From IMG/VR virus record IMGVR_UViG_3300009181_007169: a stretch of DNA of 22,976 bases; one strand, 5' to 3'. The notes beneath the pieces are model-generated. The model did not search any database, was not told the DNA's origin, and saw only the letters and a list, made by a program, of their open reading frames with translations. Position numbers and translations under genes: made by a program. Below, piece by piece: positions 1 to 7,070 of the stretch (its first letter is position 1; each line of letters opens with the position of its first letter). The stretch comes from an uncultured virus (IMG/VR IMGVR_UViG_3300009181_007169) (taxonomy: Duplodnaviria > Heunggongvirae > Uroviricota > Caudoviricetes).

Positions 1-128
1 CTTCAGATTTTAATTATTTGAAAGAAATACCTAAAGAATATTGGGGATCATGTTGCTCGTGCATGGAACTCGAAAATTCAATCAAAAAACAAATGGAATA
101 TATTGAATACATTAAAACAATTGTATAA
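1..128 (+). CDS. partial hypothetical protein (3' end only)
   Basis: Open frame from the window start (SDFNYLKEIPKEYWGSCCSCMELENSIKKQMEYIEYIKTIV) ends at TAA 126-128. Confidence 0.5.
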   Translation, partial: SDFNYLKEIPKEYWGSCCSCMELENSIKKQMEYIEYIKTIV

Positions 129-137
129 TTCTACAAT

Positions 138-443
138 ATGTACATTACTAAAAATATTTCATTCAATGAAAGAGAAATCTATTCCTTTATAGAACTTACC
201 ACAGGTGTGAGATATTTGCCATCACAAATTAAAATTGTTCCATCATACAATGTGGCAGAAAAAACTACATTGAATTTTGTCTGCACACACTCAAATACAC
301 AAACTATCTTAACTCTTGAAGAACTTCTAGAATGCATAGGATACTCAAGATCCTATGCAAACGTTAAAATCACCTATAATAAACCCTGGTGGAAATTTTT
401 TGGTAGAAAAATTATTGGCTTCTCAGTAGATGTTAAGATTTAA
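138..443 (+). CDS. hypothetical protein
   Basis: 101-aa ORF preceded by TGTATAAT at 122-129; no recognisable family. Confidence 0.65.
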   Translation: MYITKNISFNEREIYSFIELTTGVRYLPSQIKIVPSYNVAEKTTLNFVCTHSNTQTILTLEELLECIGYSRSYANVKITYNKPWWKFFGRKIIGFSVDVKI

Positions 444-519
444 TTAATTTTTTAATTAAAGACCCAAGCACCATTATGATAAAATCCGCATTCTTGTTCG
501 TTGATTTTAGTGGTTAAAA

Positions 520-975
520 CTACTGCCAATCCGACAGCCCCATAAGTCTCAACTGTTTTTTCATCTTGTTTGATATATTTGGATTCATGTCAAGAGCATA
601 CCAATCTACATAATCTTCAAATTCATTAATAAATTTGTCAGAAAGTGGTTGTTTTCGTGAAATTTGTTCCCAATCCAGCCTGTCTGCGAATTCACGAATA
701 AAATCCTCAGAAAGTATTGGTTTAGATGAAATATAATTCCAACCTTTCTGGTCTATACTGTCTGCATTTTCTCTAATATACTCTTCAGATAATTTTTTGT
801 AGTAATCAAGATTTTTCCACTTACCAGGTAATTTTTCTCTATCACTCATTCCATTTTCTTCTTCAGCTAATTTCAAAAGGATGGAATCCATCGCTTTTGC
901 TTCTTTAGTAAGTCCTGCATAGTCAAGCTCTGTGGCAACAGAAGCAATCTTTCTCATCAGATTGTGTTTGTTCAT
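520..975 (-). CDS. tryptophan-repeat protein with N-terminal helical module
   Basis: ~22-aa repeats LSE(E/D)FIREF-x3-(L/V)DW-x2-IS, the same repeat as 14930-15418; distinct N-terminus KIASVATELDYAGLTKEAKAMDSILLKLA. Confidence 0.8.
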   Translation of the reverse strand: MNKHNLMRKIASVATELDYAGLTKEAKAMDSILLKLAEEENGMSDREKLPGKWKNLDYYKKLSEEYIRENADSIDQKGWNYISSKPILSEDFIREFADRLDWEQISRKQPLSDKFINEFEDYVDWYALDMNPNISNKMKKQLRLMGLSDWQ

Positions 976-1001
976 AATTTAATTTTAAAAATTAGATAAA
1001 A

Positions 1002-1547
1002 TTATCCCTTTTTTTTATAAAAAAAATTTAAGCAAACAACAAATTGAGAATTTATAACGCACATTCCAAATTCTTGTTCGTTTTTCCTGGTGGCTAAAAC
1101 TCCCAAAAATTGTGGCGGGGGAAGGAAAAAAGCTTTGTTTTCAGGGCAAAGTTCTGATTCGTGCACATCAAGATTAGGTATTTCTGTGGTGCGAGATGGA
1201 TGAACCACCACCTGAGCGCACAGAAGATTATTTTCTTCAAAAAATGAATCCACGTCTAACCAAGCAAAATGGTTGTCTAAACTTTCTGCACTTACATTTC
1301 TAATTGTGTCAGATTCATCTACACTTTCAATCAGTATTTTAATTAATGCATCATCCCAATTAACATCGTCAGTGGTCATCGGAATAAGTATATCTTCGTA
1401 GCCATTTTTTTTAACAATGTTATTTTCTCTTGAATGAAAAACAAGAGGCATAGCATCAGACACTTCATATCTAGCCGAGCCCCCAACTGGCACTTCGTCA
1501 AACCATAATACTTTGCGAGCTAAATCATACATAATTAATTTATACAA
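1002..1547 (-). CDS. hypothetical protein, possible shortened major-capsid-protein paralogue
   Basis: 181-aa ORF (start may be ATG 1532). ARKVLWFDEVPVGGSARYE and CPENKAFFLPPPQFLGVLATR...GMCVINSQFVV recall, from memory, N- and C-terminal motifs of large-phage HK97-fold capsid proteins. Not verified. Confidence 0.6.
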   Translation of the reverse strand: MYKLIMYDLARKVLWFDEVPVGGSARYEVSDAMPLVFHSRENNIVKKNGYEDILIPMTTDDVNWDDALIKILIESVDESDTIRNVSAESLDNHFAWLDVDSFFEENNLLCAQVVVHPSRTTEIPNLDVHESELCPENKAFFLPPPQFLGVLATRKNEQEFGMCVINSQFVVCLNFFYKKKG

Positions 1548-1562
1548 TTAGTTTTTAAAAAA

Positions 1563-1639
1563 TGGTACTCCGAACGGGATTTGAACCCGTGATCTTCGCC
1601 GTGAAAGAGCGATGTCCTGAACCGCTAGACGACCGGAGC
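1563..1639 (-). tRNA. tRNA-Glu(UUC)
   Basis: Cloverleaf with acceptor GCTCCGG/TCGGAGT, anticodon arm TCGCT-CTTTCAC-GGCGA, T-loop TTCAAAT, encoded CCA. Confidence 0.95.
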
Positions 1640-1640
1640 A

Positions 1641-1739
1641 TGGGAGCGGGGGTGGGATTTGAACCCACGACCTCCGAGTTATTAAAAGCCCCTTAAGGCA
1701 CTTAATGAGCCCGACAAGCTACCACTGCTCTACCCCGCA
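1641..1739 (-). tRNA. initiator-type tRNA-Met(CAU) with a 24-nt insertion in the anticodon loop
   Basis: Unpaired 1:72, GCGGGG/CCCCGC acceptor, TCGGG-CTCAT[24 nt, 1681-1704]AA-CTCGG, GTGGG-TTCAAAT-CCCAC, CCA end. Confidence 0.85.
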
Positions 1740-1790
1740 ATAATATTATACGATTTTTTTAAGATTTTGTTCAGAAAATTATTAAAAAAC

Positions 1791-2201
1791 CTAATTTAAT
1801 CTTTTAATAGTACGACCCGAATTAGTTCGCATGAAATCTTCTCTTTGAGCTATTACAGCAAGTCTTCGGTTTTTTTTTGCATTTACTTCTCGCATTTCCT
1901 TGCAATATAATAGATGACTTTCCTGAGATTCTAATTTAATTCTATCGCCACACTCACAAGTTCCACAACAAGGCTCACAGTGTATTACTGTCCTATCAGG
2001 TTCGTGACAAACGCATTTACAAATTTCTGAATTCTTGCAAGTTTCTTTGTGGTTTTCTAATTCTGAGAAGATAATGTTCAAATTACACAATCTGCACTCA
2101 GAGCAACAATAGTGAGGCATATCCCACATGATTTCATCTCCGCCAGGATCGTGACATCGACACTTACAAATTTCATTTGATTCCATATGTTTTTTATACA
2201 A
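1791..2201 (-). CDS. Cys/His-rich protein with a duplicated putative zinc-binding module
   Basis: Two copies of EICKCxCH(D/E)P...CC..C..C...H...CK, followed by a basic tail. Confidence 0.75.
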   Translation of the reverse strand: MYKKHMESNEICKCRCHDPGGDEIMWDMPHYCCSECRLCNLNIIFSELENHKETCKNSEICKCVCHEPDRTVIHCEPCCGTCECGDRIKLESQESHLLYCKEMREVNAKKNRRLAVIAQREDFMRTNSGRTIKRLN

Positions 2202-2207
2202 TTTATT

Positions 2208-2402
2208 TTATTTTTCTAATAAACCTGAGCCATATAGCAAGCAGATTGTGTATGTGACAGAATTGATGTAAGATAGAAATATAATATATTTAAAGTATAA
2301 ATTTTTAAAAACATGATTTTTAAATAAATTAAAAGCTAATAATGATTCTAGTAACAATAAATTGAAGGATACAGCAAAAAATATGAAGATTGTGTAAAAC
2401 AT
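2208..2402 (-). CDS. small membrane protein
   Basis: 64 aa with two hydrophobic stretches; TATACT lies 5 nt upstream of the ATG. Confidence 0.55.
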   Translation of the reverse strand: MFYTIFIFFAVSFNLLLLESLLAFNLFKNHVFKNLYFKYIIFLSYINSVTYTICLLYGSGLLEK

Positions 2403-2439
2403 AGTATAGTATACGATATAAAAAGGGTACTTGTTTTTT

Positions 2440-2670
2440 TACCACCCCCCCCCTAAATTTAACCACCCCCCCCTATTCCCCTAATGAAAAAAATCGGGCG
2501 AAATTTCAGATTGTGTAGTGGATGTAAACGAGGGGGTAAGAAAAAAAGACGGGGGGGTGTCAGATTGTGTAGAAAAACCTCCCCCCCCCCTTTGCTATAT
2601 AGGTAAACCCTAAAAACACAATCTTAAAAATAATGTGTTTTTTTCAAAAATAAAAACCCTCCCCCTATTT
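2440..2670. other. non-coding G/C-homopolymer locus at the boundary of the cassette array
   Basis: Tandem ACCAC(C)nTA runs, G5/G7 and long C tracts, CAGATTGTGT at 2507 and 2561, inverted ACACAATCT at 2616; no ORF in the track. Confidence 0.6.
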
Positions 2671-2725
2671 CTGTATATACATATTATAATCAGGATTTGT
2701 TATAAGTGGAAATTCCACAATTTAG

Positions 2726-2750
2726 TTGGATGGGCATTAAGCCCACCCAA
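2726..2750 (-). terminator. hairpin after the KTSC-like gene
   Basis: Minus strand TTGGGTGGGC-TTAAT-GCCCATCCAA (10 bp including one G-U), 5 nt after the stop; no clear U-tract. Confidence 0.5.
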
Positions 2751-2755
2751 TTCTG

Positions 2756-3025
2756 TTAGAAGGTTTCACCTTTTGTTATGTCGAGGTTTCTGAGCCTAGC
2801 ATTGTAAAAAGTACCGATGCTTCCGCCTTCTTTAGCTGTTGCCATAAGTTCGTTTACTACGGAGCTGTCAACTGTCGCGGAGTAAACTGGTTCTCCGCTA
2901 CGCATTTTGAACTTGATTACATTCCCTGTAATCACCATCTTTTCTACGAACGACTCTTCCGGCAGAATCGTGATGAACTTCTTTTTGGATTTGACTCCTA
3001 TTTGGATTGTATGGTTCTTTCCCAT
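2756..3025 (-). CDS. KTSC-domain-like protein
   Basis: ATG supplied by repeat 3023; KMRSGEPVY...V...LM.....SIGTFYNARLR resembles the KTSC pattern. Confidence 0.7.
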   Translation of the reverse strand: MGKNHTIQIGVKSKKKFITILPEESFVEKMVITGNVIKFKMRSGEPVYSATVDSSVVNELMATAKEGGSIGTFYNARLRNLDITKGETF

Positions 3026-3139
3026 ATCTATTATAATCAGGATTTGTTATAAGTGGAAAAAATTTGCCGCCATCCCCTTGGAGGGGGAATGAATTTGTTA
3101 TAACTAGAAAAAAAATAAATGCAATCCCCTTGGAGGGGA

Positions 3140-3427
3140 TTATTTGAGCATTTTTGAAGGACACAATATGATATTTCCAACAATGTCATTGGTTGTTTTC
3201 CAACTTTCCTGATAGATTTTAGTGGCTATCGGATTGATAACATAGTCATCTTTCAGTCTGCCCTCCTCATCACCTATCATAATATTGTCTGCATCATTGA
3301 GATAAATTACCTCAATCATCTCACAGTCAAGTGCTTTGCAAAGCTCGGCAAGAGTAAAGTGGGTTCCGTTGGTTGGCTTGATTGGCTCTAAGGTGCCTTC
3401 TTTATTAAGTAAGAGTGCTGTACTCAT
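3140..3427 (-). CDS. DUF3846-like phage protein
   Basis: Start corrected to the repeat-supplied ATG at 3427; PTNGTHFTLAEL...IEVIYL...DEEGRL...NPIAT...IVGNIILC. Confidence 0.8.
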   Translation of the reverse strand: MSTALLLNKEGTLEPIKPTNGTHFTLAELCKALDCEMIEVIYLNDADNIMIGDEEGRLKDDYVINPIATKIYQESWKTTNDIVGNIILCPSKMLK

Positions 3428-3549
3428 ATCTATTATAATCAGCATTTGTTATAAGTGGAAATTTTTATTTTTATTAAAAATTTTTCCCCCTATTATAATC
3501 AGGATTTGTTATAAGTGGAAATTTGCCGCCGTCGGTCCCCCGGAGGGGA

Positions 3550-3777
3550 TTAATAATCATCGTATGTTTCACCATAGGACTCGTACTCAGCCCTTGTTCC
3601 CATCGGACGACCATGACCGCACTGGTCGCTGTACTTGCTTCGTGCACAATCTGTGCACATGACACCAGCATAAATGCCGTATGAAAATTGAAAGTCAATA
3701 GTTTTTGACTTTTTGTGGCACTCAGGGCAAACGCCCTCATCTAATACTTCTTGGAGATATCTGTATGGCAGACTCAT
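3550..3777 (-). CDS. small putative zinc-binding protein with acidic tail
   Basis: ATG from repeat 3775, stop abuts repeat 3485; CPEC and CTDC motifs. Confidence 0.8.
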   Translation of the reverse strand: MSLPYRYLQEVLDEGVCPECHKKSKTIDFQFSYGIYAGVMCTDCARSKYSDQCGHGRPMGTRAEYESYGETYDDY

Positions 3778-3839
3778 ATCTATTATAATCTGGATTTGTT
3801 ATAACTGGAAAAAACGGGCTGACTTCCCTTTGGAGGGGT

Positions 3840-4100
3840 TAACGACCCAAATAACAATTAAATAGGCTCCAGCAAGCTGAAGCCTTGGAGGTCGTAACCA
3901 ATCAATGTACATCTTATTTGGGAGCAACCCCAAAGAATGAACATCCGTTTGTGGGTGAGAGCATTTTTTTTGGTGTACTGGACTAATCTTGAAATAAACT
4001 GTGTTTATAACAATTTTGCTGTAATTATTACCAATCCGCCCCCAAGGGAGCCGTGTGAGAATTGAACTCACTAAATCCCAGAACTTTAATGCTCTTCCCA
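3840..4100 (-). ncRNA. candidate structured ncRNA with a permuted tRNA-like module
   Basis: Fills a cassette whose repeat lacks the ATG. T-arm GTGAG-TTCAATT-CTCAC (4055-4071), closed acceptor-like stem (4037-4053), terminal stem 4088-4099/3953-3965, G(CUUG)C hairpin (3864-3885). Confidence 0.6.
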
Positions 4101-4205
4101 ATCTATTATAATTTAGATTTGTTATAAGTGGAAAAACTCGCTGGCATCCCCTTGGAGGGGACTCGATTTTCGAATTATTCGATTTTTTTGATTCTGCCAC
4201 CGCTT

Positions 4206-4397
4206 TTAAGCGAGGGCAATAACACGGAAACCAGCTATTCGATTTCCATTATCCAATAAAATAGTATGAACATTGTGAGGCTTTTCACAGTTCAACTCTT
4301 CGCCTAAATGGTTAAACATTGACACAATCTGAGCAGTTGCCCTGTCACCTGAGTATTTTTGGTATTTGATTGAATCTCCTGGTTTCAATGCTTTCAT
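4206..4397 (-). CDS. small SH3/KOW-like protein
   Basis: ATG from repeat 4395; N-terminus MKALKPGDSIKY resembles 9085-9318 and 12934-13107. Confidence 0.8.
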   Translation of the reverse strand: MKALKPGDSIKYQKYSGDRATAQIVSMFNHLGEELNCEKPHNVHTILLDNGNRIAGFRVIALA

Positions 4398-4478
4398 ATA
4401 TATTATAATCTGGATTTGTTATAAATGGAAAAAACGGGCGGCGATCCCCTTAGAGGGGGAATCCTCTAAGATTTACTT

Positions 4479-4745
4479 TTAGAAGGGCAAGTCCATAGCT
4501 ATACTATCTAAGTGCTTAGTATACCTAATGCGGTCTTCTTCGCACATGGTCTTGCTAATCAAGTCCAGGATTTTGGAGTTGGACATAGGTGGGTGGGTGC
4601 GAACCATCGAATTACCTGACGAAGAAAAATCTGCGATAAGTTCATCGCTCTCGTCGTATACGCACAGGAAGTATTCCTGCAATGGTCGGTCGTAGCCAAA
4701 AGCCATTTCAAGTCCGTCTGTGGTAGTTGCAGTATATCTACTCAT
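4479..4745 (-). CDS. hypothetical phage protein
   Basis: ATG from repeat 4743; GYDRPLQEYFL motif. Confidence 0.85.
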   Translation of the reverse strand: MSRYTATTTDGLEMAFGYDRPLQEYFLCVYDESDELIADFSSSGNSMVRTHPPMSNSKILDLISKTMCEEDRIRYTKHLDSIAMDLPF

Positions 4746-4807
4746 ATCTATTATAATCAGATTGTGTTATAAGTGGAAAAAACGGGCTGGCATCCCTCTG
4801 GAGGGGA

Positions 4808-5515
4808 TTATTTATGAAGTTGCACAAGAAGGGACTCTAAACAATCAATGTCTGGTTTTTTTTCCTTAATTGAGCTGGGTAAATCTTCAAACATAATTTT
4901 TAAGTCTTGAATACCTTTTTCAATACCTTCTTCATGTTCTCTAATAAATTCTAAAGTAATATCTTCAATAGGCATGAGCTTAATTGACATCAGCTTATCA
5001 TGTAAAGATTGTGAGTAGTCTTTAACTACTGGTTCAAAAGTTCCAGTATTTAGGAGCTGGTCAGCTTGTGCCAATACTCTGTAAGCGGCGACAATCGACT
5101 TAGGTATTCTTCTTAAAGTGTTATCTTCGAATGGTTGTTGAGCATTTCTTAAATATCTTTTTAGTTGTGCTTCGGCGTAACCAATATGAGCTAACAAAAT
5201 CTTTCTTCCATCAAAAGCATAGTTAGGAATCATTCTGAGCATTTCTGAAAAATTATTCTTTTCATAAATTGGGGATTTAATAACTTCATACATGGTAGGA
5301 TTTCCTGAGGTGAGATGCTTAACAAAGTTTCTCAGCTCCCATGATTCAGTGTCTTCACCATTAGCTGATGCTGTTTTGGTATTGCTGTTGTTGAATGGCG
5401 ATACCAACTCTCTTATTGATAATCTGTAGATAAATCTAGCATCTTCATCAGACTGTGGCGTAGACAGACCGTGCATTTTACTTCCTACAGTTGCTTTGTA
5501 AATGATTTCGCTCAT
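4808..5515 (-). CDS. RlaP/YcgL-type nucleotidyltransferase (Pol-beta superfamily)
   Basis: Start corrected to the ATG at 5515 in repeat 5513. VGSKMHGLSTPQSDEDARFIY carries the GS..G....SD.D motif; WELRNFVKHLTSGNPTMYE is typical of the family. Confidence 0.85.
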   Translation of the reverse strand: MSEIIYKATVGSKMHGLSTPQSDEDARFIYRLSIRELVSPFNNSNTKTASANGEDTESWELRNFVKHLTSGNPTMYEVIKSPIYEKNNFSEMLRMIPNYAFDGRKILLAHIGYAEAQLKRYLRNAQQPFEDNTLRRIPKSIVAAYRVLAQADQLLNTGTFEPVVKDYSQSLHDKLMSIKLMPIEDITLEFIREHEEGIEKGIQDLKIMFEDLPSSIKEKKPDIDCLESLLVQLHK

Positions 5516-5580
5516 ATATCTATTATAATCAGATTGTGTTATAAGTGGAAAACACGGGCTGGCATCCCCCTGGAGGGGGA

Positions 5581-5793
5581 TTATTCCTCCTCCGCTGGTG
5601 GTGTGGCTAGTTCTACCTTGATTGCGTCCCATTGCTTTTGCGTGAAAATCACAAGGTCTTCACGGTGCAATGAATCAACATCGTTCTCAAAAGTCTCATC
5701 AAACCAAAGGTGCAAAGTTGCGGTTGACGATTCCACGCTATCAACCCTGCAATGGGCAGGGATTGGCACAAAATTTGTTTCTCGTTCAGTCAT
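5581..5793 (-). CDS. hypothetical protein
   Basis: Exactly fills the space between repeats 5791 and 5513. Confidence 0.8.
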   Translation of the reverse strand: MTERETNFVPIPAHCRVDSVESSTATLHLWFDETFENDVDSLHREDLVIFTQKQWDAIKVELATPPAEEE

Positions 5794-5863
5794 ATCTATT
5801 ATAATCAGATTGTGTTATAAATGGAAAAAACGGGCTGGCATCCCCCTGGAGGGGGATTGTGCA

Positions 5864-6034
5864 TCAATAGTCTCCATAATCGTCGTTGTCATATTGCTCA
5901 TCCATAAAGCAACAATTCTCTTCGTGTGTGTTGTAGTCGCCAGTGGCACATTGCATAGCGTCCCAATCACCGTATTCGTCATAGCCATAGTCGTAGTCTG
6001 ATTCTGTGTAATCGAAATAATCTTCTGGGTCCAT
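5864..6034 (-). CDS. very acidic Tyr-rich small protein (56 aa, not in ORF track)
   Basis: ATG from repeat 6032: MDPEDYFDYTESDYDYGYDEYGDWDAMQCATGDYNTHEENCCFMDEQYDNDDYGDY. Confidence 0.8.
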   Translation of the reverse strand: MDPEDYFDYTESDYDYGYDEYGDWDAMQCATGDYNTHEENCCFMDEQYDNDDYGDY

Positions 6035-6114
6035 ATCTATTATAATCTGGATTTGTTATAAGTGGAAAAAACGGGCTGCCATCCCCTTGGAGGGGGAATT
6101 GGTAAAGTGCTGAG

Positions 6115-6187
6115 CCTCTCCAAGAGGACTCGAACCTCCGACCCATTGCTTAGAAGGCAATTGCTCTTTCCACTGAGCTATGGAGAG
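6115..6187 (-). tRNA. tRNA-Arg(UCU)
   Basis: CTCTCCA/TGGAGAG acceptor, ATTGC-CTTCTAA-GCAAT, GGAGG-TTCGAGT-CCTCT; no encoded CCA; TGTATAAT just upstream. Confidence 0.95.
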
Positions 6188-6210
6188 GCTCAATCTCTAT
6201 AAATTATACA

Positions 6211-6345
6211 CTAAACTTCACAATCTAAAGTGCCTAGTGCCCAATTGTCATCAGAAACATCACAACATTGGTCACTATATTCATAATCATCTTCAAAGAA
6301 ATTAAGGACTAACCGAGAGTAAACGAAGTCATCTTCTGGGTTCAT
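6211..6345 (-). CDS. acidic small protein (44 aa, not in ORF track)
   Basis: TAATG overlap with the upstream stop; MNPEDDFVYSRLVLNFFEDDYEYSDQCCDVSDDNWALGTLDCEV; N-terminus resembles 5864-6034. Confidence 0.6.
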   Translation of the reverse strand: MNPEDDFVYSRLVLNFFEDDYEYSDQCCDVSDDNWALGTLDCEV

Positions 6346-6539
6346 TACCAATCACCTCGTGTTACATTGCGAGCTTCTGCACGATTATTACGACGTTCAG
6401 CTTTGCGTGAACTTTTATTGTGTATGCCAAAGCCTGAGTAACTTTGGTGACCAGTAGGTTGAAACATAGCCACTTCAACAATAGCTGTTTTGCCATTCAT
6501 TGTGATTGTCTTTTTGATTGTAGCTTTCTTTTTGCTCAT
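6345..6539 (-). CDS. small basic protein
   Basis: ATG from repeat 6537; K/R-rich. Confidence 0.8.
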   Translation of the reverse strand: MSKKKATIKKTITMNGKTAIVEVAMFQPTGHQSYSGFGIHNKSSRKAERRNNRAEARNVTRGDW

Positions 6540-6601
6540 ATAAATTATAATCTGGATTTGTTATAACTGGAAAAAACGGGCTGCCAACCCCCTGGAGGGG
6601 G

Positions 6602-6814
6602 TTACATACCTACCTTTTCCCAATATGGGTCATAAGCAAAAGCGATGTCATACCATTGACCGCCTTCTACTTGATTGGTAAAAGTAGTGATGTACAGGTC
6701 TTTCTTATACTTATTAACGATTGGGGTAGTTATTTCGTTAATTGGGACATAAAGGTCACTTTGCCAATTTTTGATAGTTGTGCCAGTTTCTTTGATTTCT
6801 TGATAGATGCTCAT
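6602..6814 (-). CDS. hypothetical phage protein
   Basis: Likely start at ATG 6814 (ATGA overlap with the upstream stop); WQSDLYVP...WYDIAFAYDPYW; stop abuts repeat 6537. Confidence 0.8.
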   Translation of the reverse strand: MSIYQEIKETGTTIKNWQSDLYVPINEITTPIVNKYKKDLYITTFTNQVEGGQWYDIAFAYDPYWEKVGM

Positions 6815-7008
6815 TTTTGTATTTTTCTCCACACTTGGTCAATAATATATCCTACAATCGGAGCCACTATTGAAAAAGTCATAGCTGTTTTTAGCCAATA
6901 AAGGGCGGCTTCTGGATGCGATGGCATACAAGCCAAAGCACACGTGAGAGGAAGAAAACCCGCAAGTGCCGATATAACTATGAGTGATTCTTTTGCTGAT
7001 TTGGTCAT
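6811..7008 (-). CDS. small two-TM membrane protein
   Basis: ATG from repeat 7006; two hydrophobic segments. Confidence 0.8.
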   Translation of the reverse strand: MTKSAKESLIVISALAGFLPLTCALACMPSHPEAALYWLKTAMTFSIVAPIVGYIIDQVWRKIQK

Positions 7009-7070
7009 ATCTATTATAATCTAGATTTGTTATAACTGGAAAAAACGGGCTGAGATCCCTTTGGAGGGGG

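Noticed and set aside
3953..4100. Functional two-piece tmRNA
   Set aside because: Only 3 nt separate the acceptor strands, there is no ACCA and no evident tag reading frame; kept only as a structural analogy.
3799..4200. 133-aa ORF
   Set aside because: It runs through two repeat copies, lacks the repeat-supplied ATG and overlies strong RNA structure. A TTG-started version cannot be fully excluded.
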